A stretch of DNA of 64,000 bases from Camelus ferus (lineage: Eukaryota): the NCBI RefSeq assembly GCF_009834535.1, contig NC_045697.1:117678001-117742000 (forward strand). The letters are read 5' to 3'. Within the stretch, counting starts at the first letter, position 1. Every line of letters begins with the position of its first letter. Of this stretch, positions 11,480 through 22,427 are shown piece after piece. The notes beneath the pieces were generated by a model, which saw only the letters and a list, made by a program, of their open reading frames with translations, was not told where the DNA came from and did not search any database. Position numbers and translations under genes: made by a program.

Positions 11480-12660
11480 ACTAGACCTTTCTCCAGAACT
11501 CCAGACTCACATATCCAGTTGCCTTCTCGACATCTCACCTTGCAGACTGAACACATTTCATTCTCACCTGTCCAAAATGGAGCCAGTGTTCTTCCCCGCC
11601 AAATCTCTTCCCAATCCACCTTCTCTCAGCTGATGGCAACCCGTCCCCCCGGGAGGCTCTGGCCAAAAATCTCAAAGAAGTTCCTAATTGCTTCCTTTTT
11701 CTCATTCCCCACATCCAGTCTGCCAGGAAACACTGCATCCTCTCTAACTACTATGTTTACTGTAGGAAAGCCGGACTGAGCCACCATCACCTCTGAGTTG
11801 GGTTATTTCAGTAGCTTCCTGCCTGCCCCACTCCCCTGGTATCAACACGGCGGCCAGGTGCCTGTAAGACATGTCTGTGTCAGATGACATCCCTGGCTCA
11901 GCCCAGACCCAGCAATACTCCTCACGTCACTCAGATGCTAAACCAAGGTTCTCCCAGGGCAACACAGGGTCCCGAGTGCCAGGCGCCCTCCCAGTGCTCT
12001 GCCGCCCTCTGACTCTCTCCCCTTGGTCTCTCTGCCCCAGTGACACTGGTCCAGCTGCACCTCCAACAGCCTACTGTCTCTGCTGTTCCCTCTGCCTACT
12101 GTGCCCCTCCCCCAGACAGCCGCACATCCAGCTCCCGAACTTCTTCAAGTTTTTCCTCAGATGTCACCCTCTCAAGCGATGTATCAGATATTATTTAAAG
12201 GTACCACCTGCTCCTCACCCATTCAAGGACTTCCGATCTCCTTTTACTTGGTTTTTTGTTTCTTTTTCATAGTCCTTATTACCTTCTAATATGGTATACA
12301 ACCCAGAAATAATTACATTTAAATAGAATATATATAACGTAGAAATAGATTATATATACATATATTATCTATAAAATAGAAATAAAAATAGAAAAAATAA
12401 AAAAGATTATATATAAATACAAAATTTATAAACTAGAAATAGGTTATATATAAGTAGAAAATACATAACCTAGAAGTAGATTATATAAAAAATAGAATAT
12501 ATATAACCTAGGAATAAATTATATATAAATAAATAGATTATATATGAATAGACACAGCCTCACTTACCTTTCTAAAATGCGAGCTCAGGGAAGGTAGAGA
12601 TTTTTGTCTGTTTTTATCCATCGCCATTGCCCAGAGCACCTGCATTTGTGTTGAAAAAGG
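11480..12660 (+). mobile_element. L2 LINE remnant, interrupted by an AT-rich minisatellite
   Basis: ctccagaactccagactcacatatccagttgcc...; pyrimidine-rich L2 body; L2 3' end pattern at ~12570-12655. Confidence 0.75.
12296..12550 (+). repeat. Degenerate AT-rich minisatellite, unit ~36-37 bp
   Basis: Unit close to TATAACCTAGAAATAGATTATATATAAATAGAATA recurs at ~12296, 12333, 12427, 12464 and 12502. Confidence 0.75.
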
Positions 12661-13329
12661 GAGTAAACCTTGGCCTAGTCACTGAACCTCTTCACATTTC
12701 ATGTTTTCTTCTTAGTGAAGTGAAAATGGCAAGGCATGGCTTGCAGAATTATTCTAAGGACTGAATGGTGAATTTATGTTAAGTGTCTGATACTGAGAAG
12801 AAGGGCCATGAGTAATTACCTCCCCTCTTGGTTTTTCTATTCACTTGATGGAACAATCACTGTTGAAGTGATGCAACCCTGTGGTACATTTCTTTCTGTT
12901 ATTTTCTTCCTTTATTTGCATCTTCCCGGAACTATTTTGTGAGGCCACCTCAACACAATCAATTGGAACCCTGTTTCCTGCTTACCCAGCTTCACGTGGC
13001 CTAGATTAATTTTCTTTTACTGGCTCATAGAACTTAAATGCTGACCTGAATGTTTTATGTTCGATTAAGAAACCAAATGTTAGAAAAAGAGAGAATTCTC
13101 ACTAAATCATTTGTGCATGTGACATAAGCATCACTGTTGTCACTGCCCAAACAGCCTTCAAACATGAGTCTTGAATTTATACATTATCTCTCTTCTATTA
13201 CCTCTCTAGATGAGTCATATTTACTCTTTAATCATAATCTGAATTGTCGTTGTCATTTATGAGATTTTTCTCAAAACTTCAGTTAGGATGCCATCAGATG
13301 TTTTCAGGAAGAAGTATGTCCAGCTGTTT

Positions 13330-13605
13330 AATTTTTTTCCAGTGTTATTGAGCTATAATTGGCATAACATCATACGAGTTTCGGATGTACAACATAACAA
13401 TTTGATATGTGTAAATATTGTGAAATGATCACCTCATGTAGTTACAAATTCTTTTCCTTGCAATGAGAACTTTTAAGATTCACTCTCAGCCACTTCTCTA
13501 AACGTACAATACAGTATTATTATCATCACATTGTATGTTACAACTTCAGTACTTACTTATAATTGGAAGTTTGTATCTTTGATCACCATTAACCAATTCC
13601 ACCAC
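13330..13605 (-). mobile_element. L1MA-type 3' end
   Basis: ttattgagctataattggcataaca...tgtacaacataacaatttgata...gtgaaatgatcacc...atgagaacttttaagatt pattern. Confidence 0.75.
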
Positions 13606-13974
13606 CATGTCCAGTTGTTTTTAGGTGTGTTTTTCCTTGAGTCATCATCTTAAAAAATTTCTCAAAAATAGGTAATAGAGGTATAAATATAAATTAGAAG
13701 ATTACAATAAAGGATAATTAGATGATGGATAAGTTATTTAGCATCTGTTAAGTACTATTCATGAATTTTACAGGACAGCAAAACTTATATTGAGAAATGT
13801 TGATGAGTAATCAGTCTTACTGTATTAGAAAAATAAAAATATTATTTGATAACCAAAAATCACTTCCACATGTTTTTCTGACATAGCACATTATCCTTAA
13901 AATAGTCTCCAAACACCTAATTATTTTTGCACTCACTTTTAAACAATCATTATTTTTAAACTCACTTTCAAACA

Positions 13975-14410
13975 ATCTTCTTTAAATGTTTGGTAGAATT
14001 CCCCTGTGAAGCCATATTTTTTGCTTGTAAAGAGTTTTTCTTTTTTTTTAAATTACTGATTTAATTTCATTAGTAGTAATTGGTCTGTTCCGATTTCCTC
14101 TTTCTTCCTGATTTAGCCTTGAAAGATTGTATCTTTCTAGGAATTTATCCATTTCTTCCAGGTTTCCAATTTATTGGCATGTAACTGTCGTATTCTCTTA
14201 TGATTATTTCTATGGTGGTCGTTGTAACATCTCTTTTATTTCTAATTTTATTTACTGGCCCTGTTTTTTCTCTTGATGAATCTGGCTAAAGATTTGTTCA
14301 TTTTGTTTATCTTTTTTATAAACCAGCTTTTAGTTTCACTGATCTTTTCTTTTCTTTTTTTTTTTTTTTTTTTTTTTTGATCTCTATTCCATCTATTCCC
14401 ACTCTGACTG
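13975..14410 (-). mobile_element. L1 ORF2 fragment
   Basis: tttaaatgtttggtagaattcccctgtgaagccat...aggaatttatccatttcttccaggtttccaattt: antisense L1 ORF2 signature. Confidence 0.85.
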
Positions 14411-14957
14411 CAAGATGTTGTTAATACTCTTATTATTTTTTTATGGGAAGTGTTAGAGTTAGTTCATCTTTAGTGTCCTATTAGAACATCAAGTTTCCCA
14501 TGTCAGTTGCACATAGTGGGTTAAGCATCTTCTTTTTTAGACACAGACTTGGCTTGTACAGAATTCTGACTGCAGGTTAGCACATTGAAGTCAAGAGGCC
14601 GTTCTGGTGCTAGACCCGGAATCTTGCTTCCAACTTCAGCTTGGTCCTAAAGATTTACTAATGTGTGAATTGTTGTTCACTTAATTTTCCTTTCTGTTCC
14701 ACGTAACAGCAGTAACAATAATTATAACCATCATTCATCAACAGTGTACTAGTCTCCAGTTGGTACACAAATACATTATCTCCTCTACACCTCCATGAAG
14801 TCAATATTATTCTTATCACAATTTATAGGGACATATCCAGAAGCATCATATAAATTTTCCAAAGTTTGTCAATATCATTCATAATAAATGATTGGGAGAA
14901 CTATGCCCCTGAGTATGTCTGACATTGGAAACTGGGATCTAAAACTTTTTAAAATTG

Positions 14958-15086
14958 TTTTTTGGGGGGAGGTGATTAAGTTTATTTATTTATTTCATTT
15001 TATTTTTTAAATGGAGGTACTGGGGATTGAACCCAGGCCCTCGTGCATGCTAAGCACACACTCTACCACTGAGCTATATCCTCCTC
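14958..15086 (-). mobile_element. Vic-1-type SINE
   Basis: Reverse complement of the head at 6003 (tggaggtactggggattgaacccagg...ctaccactgagctata). Confidence 0.9.
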
Positions 15087-16026
15087 GTAAAAATATTTTG
15101 TGTGTGATTGTAAATTGCACATTCAATAATAGCTCATGATGCCCAGAATAGCATTAGTATACAACCAGATCAACTGCGGTGTAATTTTGAGAACATAACA
15201 GTAGAAATGTAAGATACTCCTACTTATGAATTTGAGGATTGTATTCTGTTTCATCGAATTGAGGCAACAGTTCAGAACAATCAAAGGCTACTGTAACTGC
15301 CACCAAGCCATCCCAGCCCTTATTCACACAGAGAGGAACTGCCTGGGATTGGCGGTGTGCGGGTGTCAGGTTTTCATGTTGTGTCAGAGTACTTACTGTG
15401 AAAGCACCGACATTGTATGATACAGCTTTTGGATAAATGAGATATACACTATTCTTTAGTTCTAAGTAAAGAGACAAAGAATTACTCACATCTTTGTCAA
15501 TGACATGATATTCTTAATGCCCCTCAAGAACATACCTTAGGAAGAAACAGATAAGCCCAGAGCTTATTTGGTGCTATCCAGGATAGTCCAGTACGGAGGA
15601 CATCAGAATCACGGACAAGCCCCAGCTCTTCACGCCCAGCTGGGTGTCATGAAGCAGTTGTCATCCACAGATCAGCTTGTGTGAGTTGTTTGTTCCTTTG
15701 TTTCACAGTTACTGGGTGACAGGTCAGCTCAGTCCCAACAGCTCAAACCCAAACGTTCCTTTAAAGCAATAACAATAGTTCTTGGAGCAGATGCCTGGCA
15801 ACTCAGGCCCACAAATCTTCCAATACAATGGAATCTCTTCCAAAAGTGTTTGCAGCTTTAACTAAGTCTGAGCAAAGCTAGAATTGCCTCTTTGGGCAAG
15901 TTTGAATCTGCCGGTCAGCAGTGCTGGAGGTCTGGGAAGTGGTCACGTGCTCCTCCAGCGGGCAGGACGTCAAGTCTCACATGTTCGTGATGACATGCTG
16001 GCGTCCTCTGGTAACCAAAGCAGCTA

Positions 16027-16673
16027 CTTACCATATGATCCAGCAATCCCACTCCTGGGCATATATCCAGAGGGAAATCTAACTCGAAAAGATACTTGCA
16101 CCCAAGTGTTCACAGCAGCACTATTTGCAGTAGCCAAGACATGGAAACAACCTAAATGTCCATTGGCAGATGACTGGATAAAGAAGCTGTGGTATATTTA
16201 TACAATGGAATACTACTCAGCCATAAAAAAGAATAAAATAATGCTTTTTGCAGCAACACGTATGGACCTGGATATCATCATTCTAAGTGAAGTGAGCCAG
16301 AAAGAGAAAGAGAAATGACGTATCACTTATATGTGGAATCTAAAAAAACAAAAAGACAAATGAACTTATTTACAAAACTGAAACAGACTCACAGACAGAA
16401 AACAAACTTATGGTTACTGGGGTTGGGGGAGTGGTGGGAAGGGGTAAATTGGGAGTTCAAGATTTCCAGATACTAACTGCTATATATAAAATAGATAAAT
16501 AACAAGTTTATACTGTACAGCACAGGGAGCTACATTTGATACCTTGTAGTAACCTATAATGAAAAAGAATCTGAAAAGAAATCTATGTATGTATACGTCT
16601 GACTGAAACATTATGCTGTACACCAGAAGTTGACACAACCTTGTCAACTGACTATACTTCAATTAAAAAAAAA
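16027..16673 (+). mobile_element. 5'-truncated L1 (ORF2 end + 3' UTR + poly(A))
   Basis: [14 protein letters not shown]...[20 protein letters not shown] in ORF 15884-16318; poly(A) at ~16665. Confidence 0.95.
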
Positions 16674-17357
16674 CAGTAAGTCATAGAAAGAAAACCACAG
16701 TATTTATCAAATTTTTATGGTTTTAAAGTAAATTTAAAATCAGGCTCACCAAGCAAATTAAGCTCTTTGTGTTGTCATTAAGGAAGTCCTTAAGCTTGCT
16801 GTGGATTCTAAAGATTAGATCTCTCTGACCTAATTCTGAAAACTCACTTTGTCACTAGAATTTATATATAGTGCTGGCGCAGAAGGACATTTGTTCAAGG
16901 GTAGTGGAATCAGCCAAAGGAGTGAGGGCTGAGAGAGAAACATCCACTTCTGAAGCTGGCATGGCCAAGGAAGAGAAAAATCAGTAAAGCATTAGATTGG
17001 ATGAGAAAAAGAAGGACCAGATTAAACGTTTGGACACAACTCTCGCATTTCCTAAAGCACATTCTTTGCAACATTAGCCTCAGACAAAGAATAACTCAAG
17101 GACTAAACAGACTTGTGGAAATTTTGTCTATCACATCTTCATTTAAGATTTATAATGTATTTTAGTATATCAAATGTTTGGTTATATTGTAAATTAAAGG
17201 AAAAAAGTCAACATTGTTTAACCCAGCATCTCCTAAACGTGTTTGACCAGGAAATTTTTTTATGCTACACCTGTAAATATTCCATAGATCTATTGTTTCA
17301 AGAATTGTAATGTGGAAAAATGCTGCTCTGGGCAAAAATAGTCTAAGAGTAAGCTCC

Positions 17358-18209
17358 TGATTTGCATTTCTTCAATAAGGTATCACCTTACACCAGTCAG
17401 AATGGTCATCATTAAAAAGTCCACAATGATAAATGCTGGAGAAGCTGTGGAGAGAAGGGAACCCTTCTACACTGTTGGTGGGAGTGCAGATTGGTGCAGC
17501 CATTATGGAGGACAGTATGGAAGTTCCTTAAAAAACTAGAAATAGACTTACCCTGTGATCCAGCAATCCCACTACTGGGCATATATCCAGAGAGAACTCT
17601 GATTTGAAAATATACATGCACCCCGATGTTCATGGTAGCACCCCATACAATAGCCAAGACATGAAAACAACCTAAATGTCCATCAACAGATGACTGGATA
17701 AAGAAGCTGTGGTATATTTACACAATGGAATACTACTCAGCCATAAAAAAGAATGAAATAATGCCATTTGCAGCAACATGGACGTTCCTGGAGAATGTCA
17801 TTCTAAGTGAAGTAAGCCAGAAAGAGAAAGAAAAATACCATACAATATCACTCATATGTAGAATCTAAAAAAAAAGAGAAAAAGAGGACACTAATGAACT
17901 CATCTGCAAAACAGAAACAGACTCACAGACATAGTAAACAATCTTATGGTTACCAGGGGAGAGAGAGGGTGGGAAAGGATAAATTTGGGAGTTTGATATT
18001 TGCAAATGTTTGCCCCTATATATAAAAACAGATTTAAAAAACAAAATTTCTTCTGTATAGCACAGGGAGCTATATTCAATATCTTGTAATAACCTTTAAT
18101 GAAAAAGAATATGAAAACGAATGCGTGTATGTATCTGCATGACTGGGACATTGTGCTGACACCAAAATTGACACATTGTAACTGACTGTACTTCAATTAA
18201 AAAAAAAAA
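17358..18209 (+). mobile_element. 5'-truncated L1 with short inverted 5' segment
   Basis: ORF2 end + 3' UTR + poly(A) at ~18199-18209; 17358-17377 is the reverse complement of the upstream ORF2 motif gaaatgcaaatca. Confidence 0.92.
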
Positions 18210-18388
18210 TCAATCGTCCCAAATGAATACTTTTTCTCCCAAGACAAAATAATGAACTGCACTTTTGATAAAGCATTATTCTTGTGTCCAGTTTTTTTAT
18301 TTATGAATTCCAATTAATTCAACTCAGTTTCCTATACTTTCTTCATAAATGATTGAAACCTAGGATCTGATTATTGCAAGTTTATGAA

Positions 18389-18556
18389 GGGGGAGGGTGT
18401 AGCTCAAAGATGGAGCACGTGCTTAGCATGCATGAGGTCCAGGGTTCAATCCCCAGTACCTCCATTAAAAAATAGTAAACAAACAAACAAACATAATGAC
18501 CTCCCAAATAAATAAATAAATAAAATGTATTGAAAAACTTTTAAAAAGAAAAAAAA
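18389..18556 (+). mobile_element. Vic-1-type SINE
   Basis: tRNA-like head and A tail; flanking near-direct repeats aagtttatgaag / aaatttatggag. Confidence 0.9.
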
Positions 18557-18699
18557 TTTATGGAGATGGAAATGATAGGGAGTTAGAACAATTTCAGGCA
18601 CAGTTTATTTTTAGTAAGAAAATTACTCATTAAGGCTGAAGAAATACCAGATATTTCATTTTTATTCTATTTTCCTATTAATAACGTTTTTCTGATAAT

Positions 18700-19082
18700 G
18701 TTCTGGGTATCTACTATAGGTCAAACACTGTGTAGGCAACTGAAATATAAAAACTCGTAAGAAATAGTGTCTATACTACAGCGATCCAAGTAAGGGAAAC
18801 AGACATATTTATAAACTATGGGTAAGTGTCACCACACAGGTGAGTAAGGACACCCTGAGATCGCACAGCCCAGACTCGGGGAATCATGAAGTTTTCCCAA
18901 AGAAGATATTGGATGGAGTCCTGTAAAATAATTAGAAGTATACAGGATGAAAGTCCTTCGGGTGCAGATGTTTTTTCTAAACAGACAAACCGGGATGTAC
19001 GCAGGCATGCGAACCGACTGTAAGCCCAGTACGTAAGTATTCAGAACTACAGGATGGCCGGAGCATCCTCAGAAGATGTAAG
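18700..19082 (-). mobile_element. L2 remnant, left part (split by the LRRC2 retrocopy)
   Basis: ctactataggtcaaacactgtgtaggc...ggaaacagaca...gaagttttcccaaagaagat pattern, similar in style to the L2 at 3345. Confidence 0.6.
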
Positions 19083-19097
19083 AAGATGAAGCCCGAG

Positions 19098-21812
19098 GGG
19101 TCCACCTGGCGTCTCTGGGCAGATGACGGAGGCAACCGCGGCTTCTGCTGCACATTTTAGGATAAAGGAAGTGTGGAACTTCGTGGCCAAGGAAAGGAGG
19201 AAAGGCACCCCCCAGGCTGCGTACTGCAAGAATGGCTTCGTAGACACCAGCGGGAGGCTTCTGGATAAGATTGAAAGGAACTCTCTCACAAGACAGAGTT
19301 CGCTTTCCAAGAAGAGAGGCAAACGCAGAAGTGAGTTCGTGTTTGAACTTTCGAGGGAGCACTGGAAGGCTGCTTGAAGAACATGAAGGAACCCAACGTG
19401 AGTTTCAACCATCTGAAGAGCATTCCTCCAGAACTGGGAGACGGTGAAGACTTAGAGAAACTGGATTGTTCTGGAAATCTAGGGTTAACCGAGCTCCCCT
19501 TTGAGTTAAGTAATTTGAAGCAGGTTTCCTTCCTAGACGTCTCAGCAAACCAGCTCTCCAGCATCCCGACCTGTGTCCCGCGGATGTCTAATTTGCGATG
19601 GTTGGACATCAGCAACAATAACCTGAATGACCTGCCGCAAGACATCGACAGGCTAGAGGAAATGCAGGTCTTCCTCCTGTATAAGAGCAGGATGACCACC
19701 TTCCGCACGCCCTGCTTAACCTAAAGAAGCTCGCTCTGTTAGTCAACCGCGGGGACCGCTTGTGGAGCTCCTGATGGCCCTTTGTGGCCCATCCACACCT
19801 TTAAAATTCGTAAGCCTTATGGACAATCCCACTGAGAATACCCAATGTCAAGATGGTGATGCAGTGATAGAAAGTGAACGAGATCGCCAGCATTTTGATA
19901 ATGAATTTATGAAAGCCTGTCTTGAAGATCTTATAGAAAGAGAATCTGTTCCCAGCTATACCGCCAAAGTATCTTTCAGCCTTCAGCTTTGATACCATCC
20001 AGCAGAAGACTACAGAATCTTCCTGCCCTGAGAGGCTGTAAATCTTCATGTTGTGGGTCATGCCAGAGAGGGATAATAGCTTGTGCTTAAGGGCAAAGTC
20101 TAGAAACCACGGTCATAGGAAAAATGATTTTCACATTCAAGTATGTGAATACCTCTTTCTATTAACTGGAGAGTGAATTGATAAATGGGTTTATATATTG
20201 ATATTTAAAAGTTTATTTGCATACACCGTTTCTAAATAATATACATTTAGTATTTTAGAAAATGTGTTATTTTTTAAAATTGTCACTTAAAGACCAAATT
20301 TTGAAGTTGATTGCATTGTTTTCAGGAATCCAGGGGGAAAGGGGCTGTGAAAAGAATATTGATATTGGACTAGTCAGATGAAAGCTTATTTTTAAAGAGT
20401 TTAACACATTTCTGTCTTTTGACTGGGAACAGCTTTCCTTGGGTTTGTTACACAAATTGCTATTTTCATATATTTTAAGTTATATTTTACAAGGGGTAGG
20501 CACTCAGGAAAGGCTTTTAGGTGTATAATCTGGCCTTGAAGGTAGAAGGAAGGGCCGGATTCTCTGCCCAGGCGCTGGGCTCAGATGGCGCCCTGGTGGC
20601 CCGAGCGGAGGAAGTATGGGCCTAGCTGGTCACGGGAAGCCTTGCGCGCCCTGCGTGGACGGTCAGGCTGCCCTGCGTGGGCACCGTGGGCGCCCCTCAG
20701 AGAAAGGAGCAGAGGTGGTGCTGCCAGGGCCCCATCCTCCAAGGAGGCCATGTAAGGTAGCGGGAGTGGCTAGTCCACGCTGACATGGCGCCCCTAGCAA
20801 GGCTTTGCCGCAGGAGAACTCTGCCCCGGCCAAGATGCTGCGGCCCAGAGGGAGCTCATGAGACTGGGTTTACGTTTGGTAAAGAAGGGATTCATTACAG
20901 GGCTTTGGACTTTTCCACTGTGTTGTATGAATTGGAGAAATTATAAAAATATGGATTTTTATACTATTTTCTTGGGCTGAAATAATCAAGATTGTCCATC
21001 TGCTGAAGTTTGTTTAAACAAGTAGCATTTGTGATGGAGAAGGAAAAAAATACATATATTCACATAGTTATATATGAGTCAGCTCCCATATTGTCCAGAC
21101 AAGTGCTGTCTGATGGAACTTCCTACAGTGACAGAAATGTTCCACATCTATGCTGTCCAATTTGGGAACCACCAGATGCATGTGCTTCTTGAGCAATGCC
21201 TGGTATGACTGAAGAAGAATTTTTAATTACATTTAAATTTAAGTAGCCAAAGGTAGCTTTCATATTGGATAGCACAGATCTAGCCAGTTGGGTTTTTTGG
21301 AAGTTAATCTGCGCTAGAAATGAAGGGTGATTTTTGTTTCATTTCTATTTTCTTATCTGAAGAACTAGCCTAGCCGACCCCAAGAGGGGTTAATATTGAC
21401 AACCAATATTTTGCCTTGATTGGCTTAATCATAATTCTAAATATATCATCCTCAATAGACATAAAATAAGCAGAACATTTTAAAACACGGTGATGCTTCA
21501 GTAGAGCGTTGCTTCAACTTGACCTGCTTTTCGGAGTTAGTTTTTAAGAGATAAATCAAGTAACAAAATGAGAAATCACTTTAATTGAACCTCAATTGTA
21601 TTTTTCTTTTTAACACAGTTTAAAATATTTACGTTTAGTTATACTACATGAGTGAATTTGGAATTTTATTTCATGCCAAGGTATACTGTCACATACAGCC
21701 AAATGGAAATATCTGAAAAGGGGGGAAATCAGGGCTTTCACATAAATTGGCTGTCCATAAGTCATGTAAAATTTCAACAAAACCAATCTTTTGTGCAAAA
21801 AAAAAAAAAAAA
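19098..21812 (+). pseudogene. LRRC2: Processed pseudogene (retrocopy) of leucine-rich repeat-containing protein 2; CDS-derived part 19161-19992
   Basis: Translations [86 protein letters not shown] and [10 protein letters not shown]...[16 protein letters not shown] match LRRC2 as I know it; intronless; frame breaks at ~19368, ~19699 and ~19763; poly(A) 21797-21812; TSD AAGATGAAGCCCGAG (19083-19097) / AAGATAAAGCCAGAG (21811-21825). Confidence 0.95.
21098..21282. mobile_element. MER3/MER33-like hAT DNA transposon inside the retrocopy
   Basis: gtgctgtctgatggaacttcctacagtgacagaaatgttc...atattggatagcacag; similar to the copy at 33530-33735. Confidence 0.7.
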
Positions 21813-21825
21813 GATAAAGCCAGAG

Positions 21826-21985
21826 AGTTATGGCTTTAACTTAGTTTAAGCGCAGGTTATGAAGAACATTGAACCACCGGCTTAAGGTCTATTTTCATTT
21901 TATTTTGAAGACGATCAGAGTCATTGAAGATTTTAAGTAGGAGATAAAACCACGACCAGATTTACATTTAAGAAGTATGGTTAGC
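21826..21985 (-). mobile_element. L2 remnant, right part (continuation after the retrocopy)
   Basis: cattgaagattttaagtagg...accagatttacatttaagaag parallels the L2 segment at ~3900-4020. Confidence 0.55.
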
Positions 21986-22379
21986 AAGAGAACATGTTGA
22001 TTTTGAACTGTTTCCAAACATGAAAGAATGTCGTTAAAATAGATGAAGCAAACAACATAATGAATTCACACTGAGAGTAAATCTCTTTCAAAGCAACAGA
22101 TTGTGATCCCAAAATAGCACACCTTTGTCATTTCACTTTTGTGCTATGTTAATTCTTTCAGGTAATTTTCTTGAAATAGCTATAAAACTGAAGCAAGAAA
22201 TTATTTATGGCATTTTCTTCTTTAAATTACAGCTCTCCATTAACAAATTCTGTACAAAACTTGACCGTCAACCAGTCTTTATCCACAATTGATAACTGGT
22301 TCTGTCCCAAGTTAGGTAATTTTGTACCTAAATTTGTTTTAAATAAAAACGGTACTGGCATTAATGGAACATGAGCTGA

Positions 22380-22380
<1 letters not shown>

Positions 22381-22418
<38 letters not shown>

Positions 22419-22427
22419 TGTGTGTGT
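22381..22427. repeat. (CA)n-(GT)n compound microsatellite
   Basis: Direct observation; followed by a very short L1 3'-end fragment (tataactgagtcactttgctgt). Confidence 0.95.

Noticed and set aside
19123..19992. Functional LRRC2 gene
   Set aside because: Intronless, three frame breaks, missing N-terminus, poly(A) and TSD present: a processed pseudogene.
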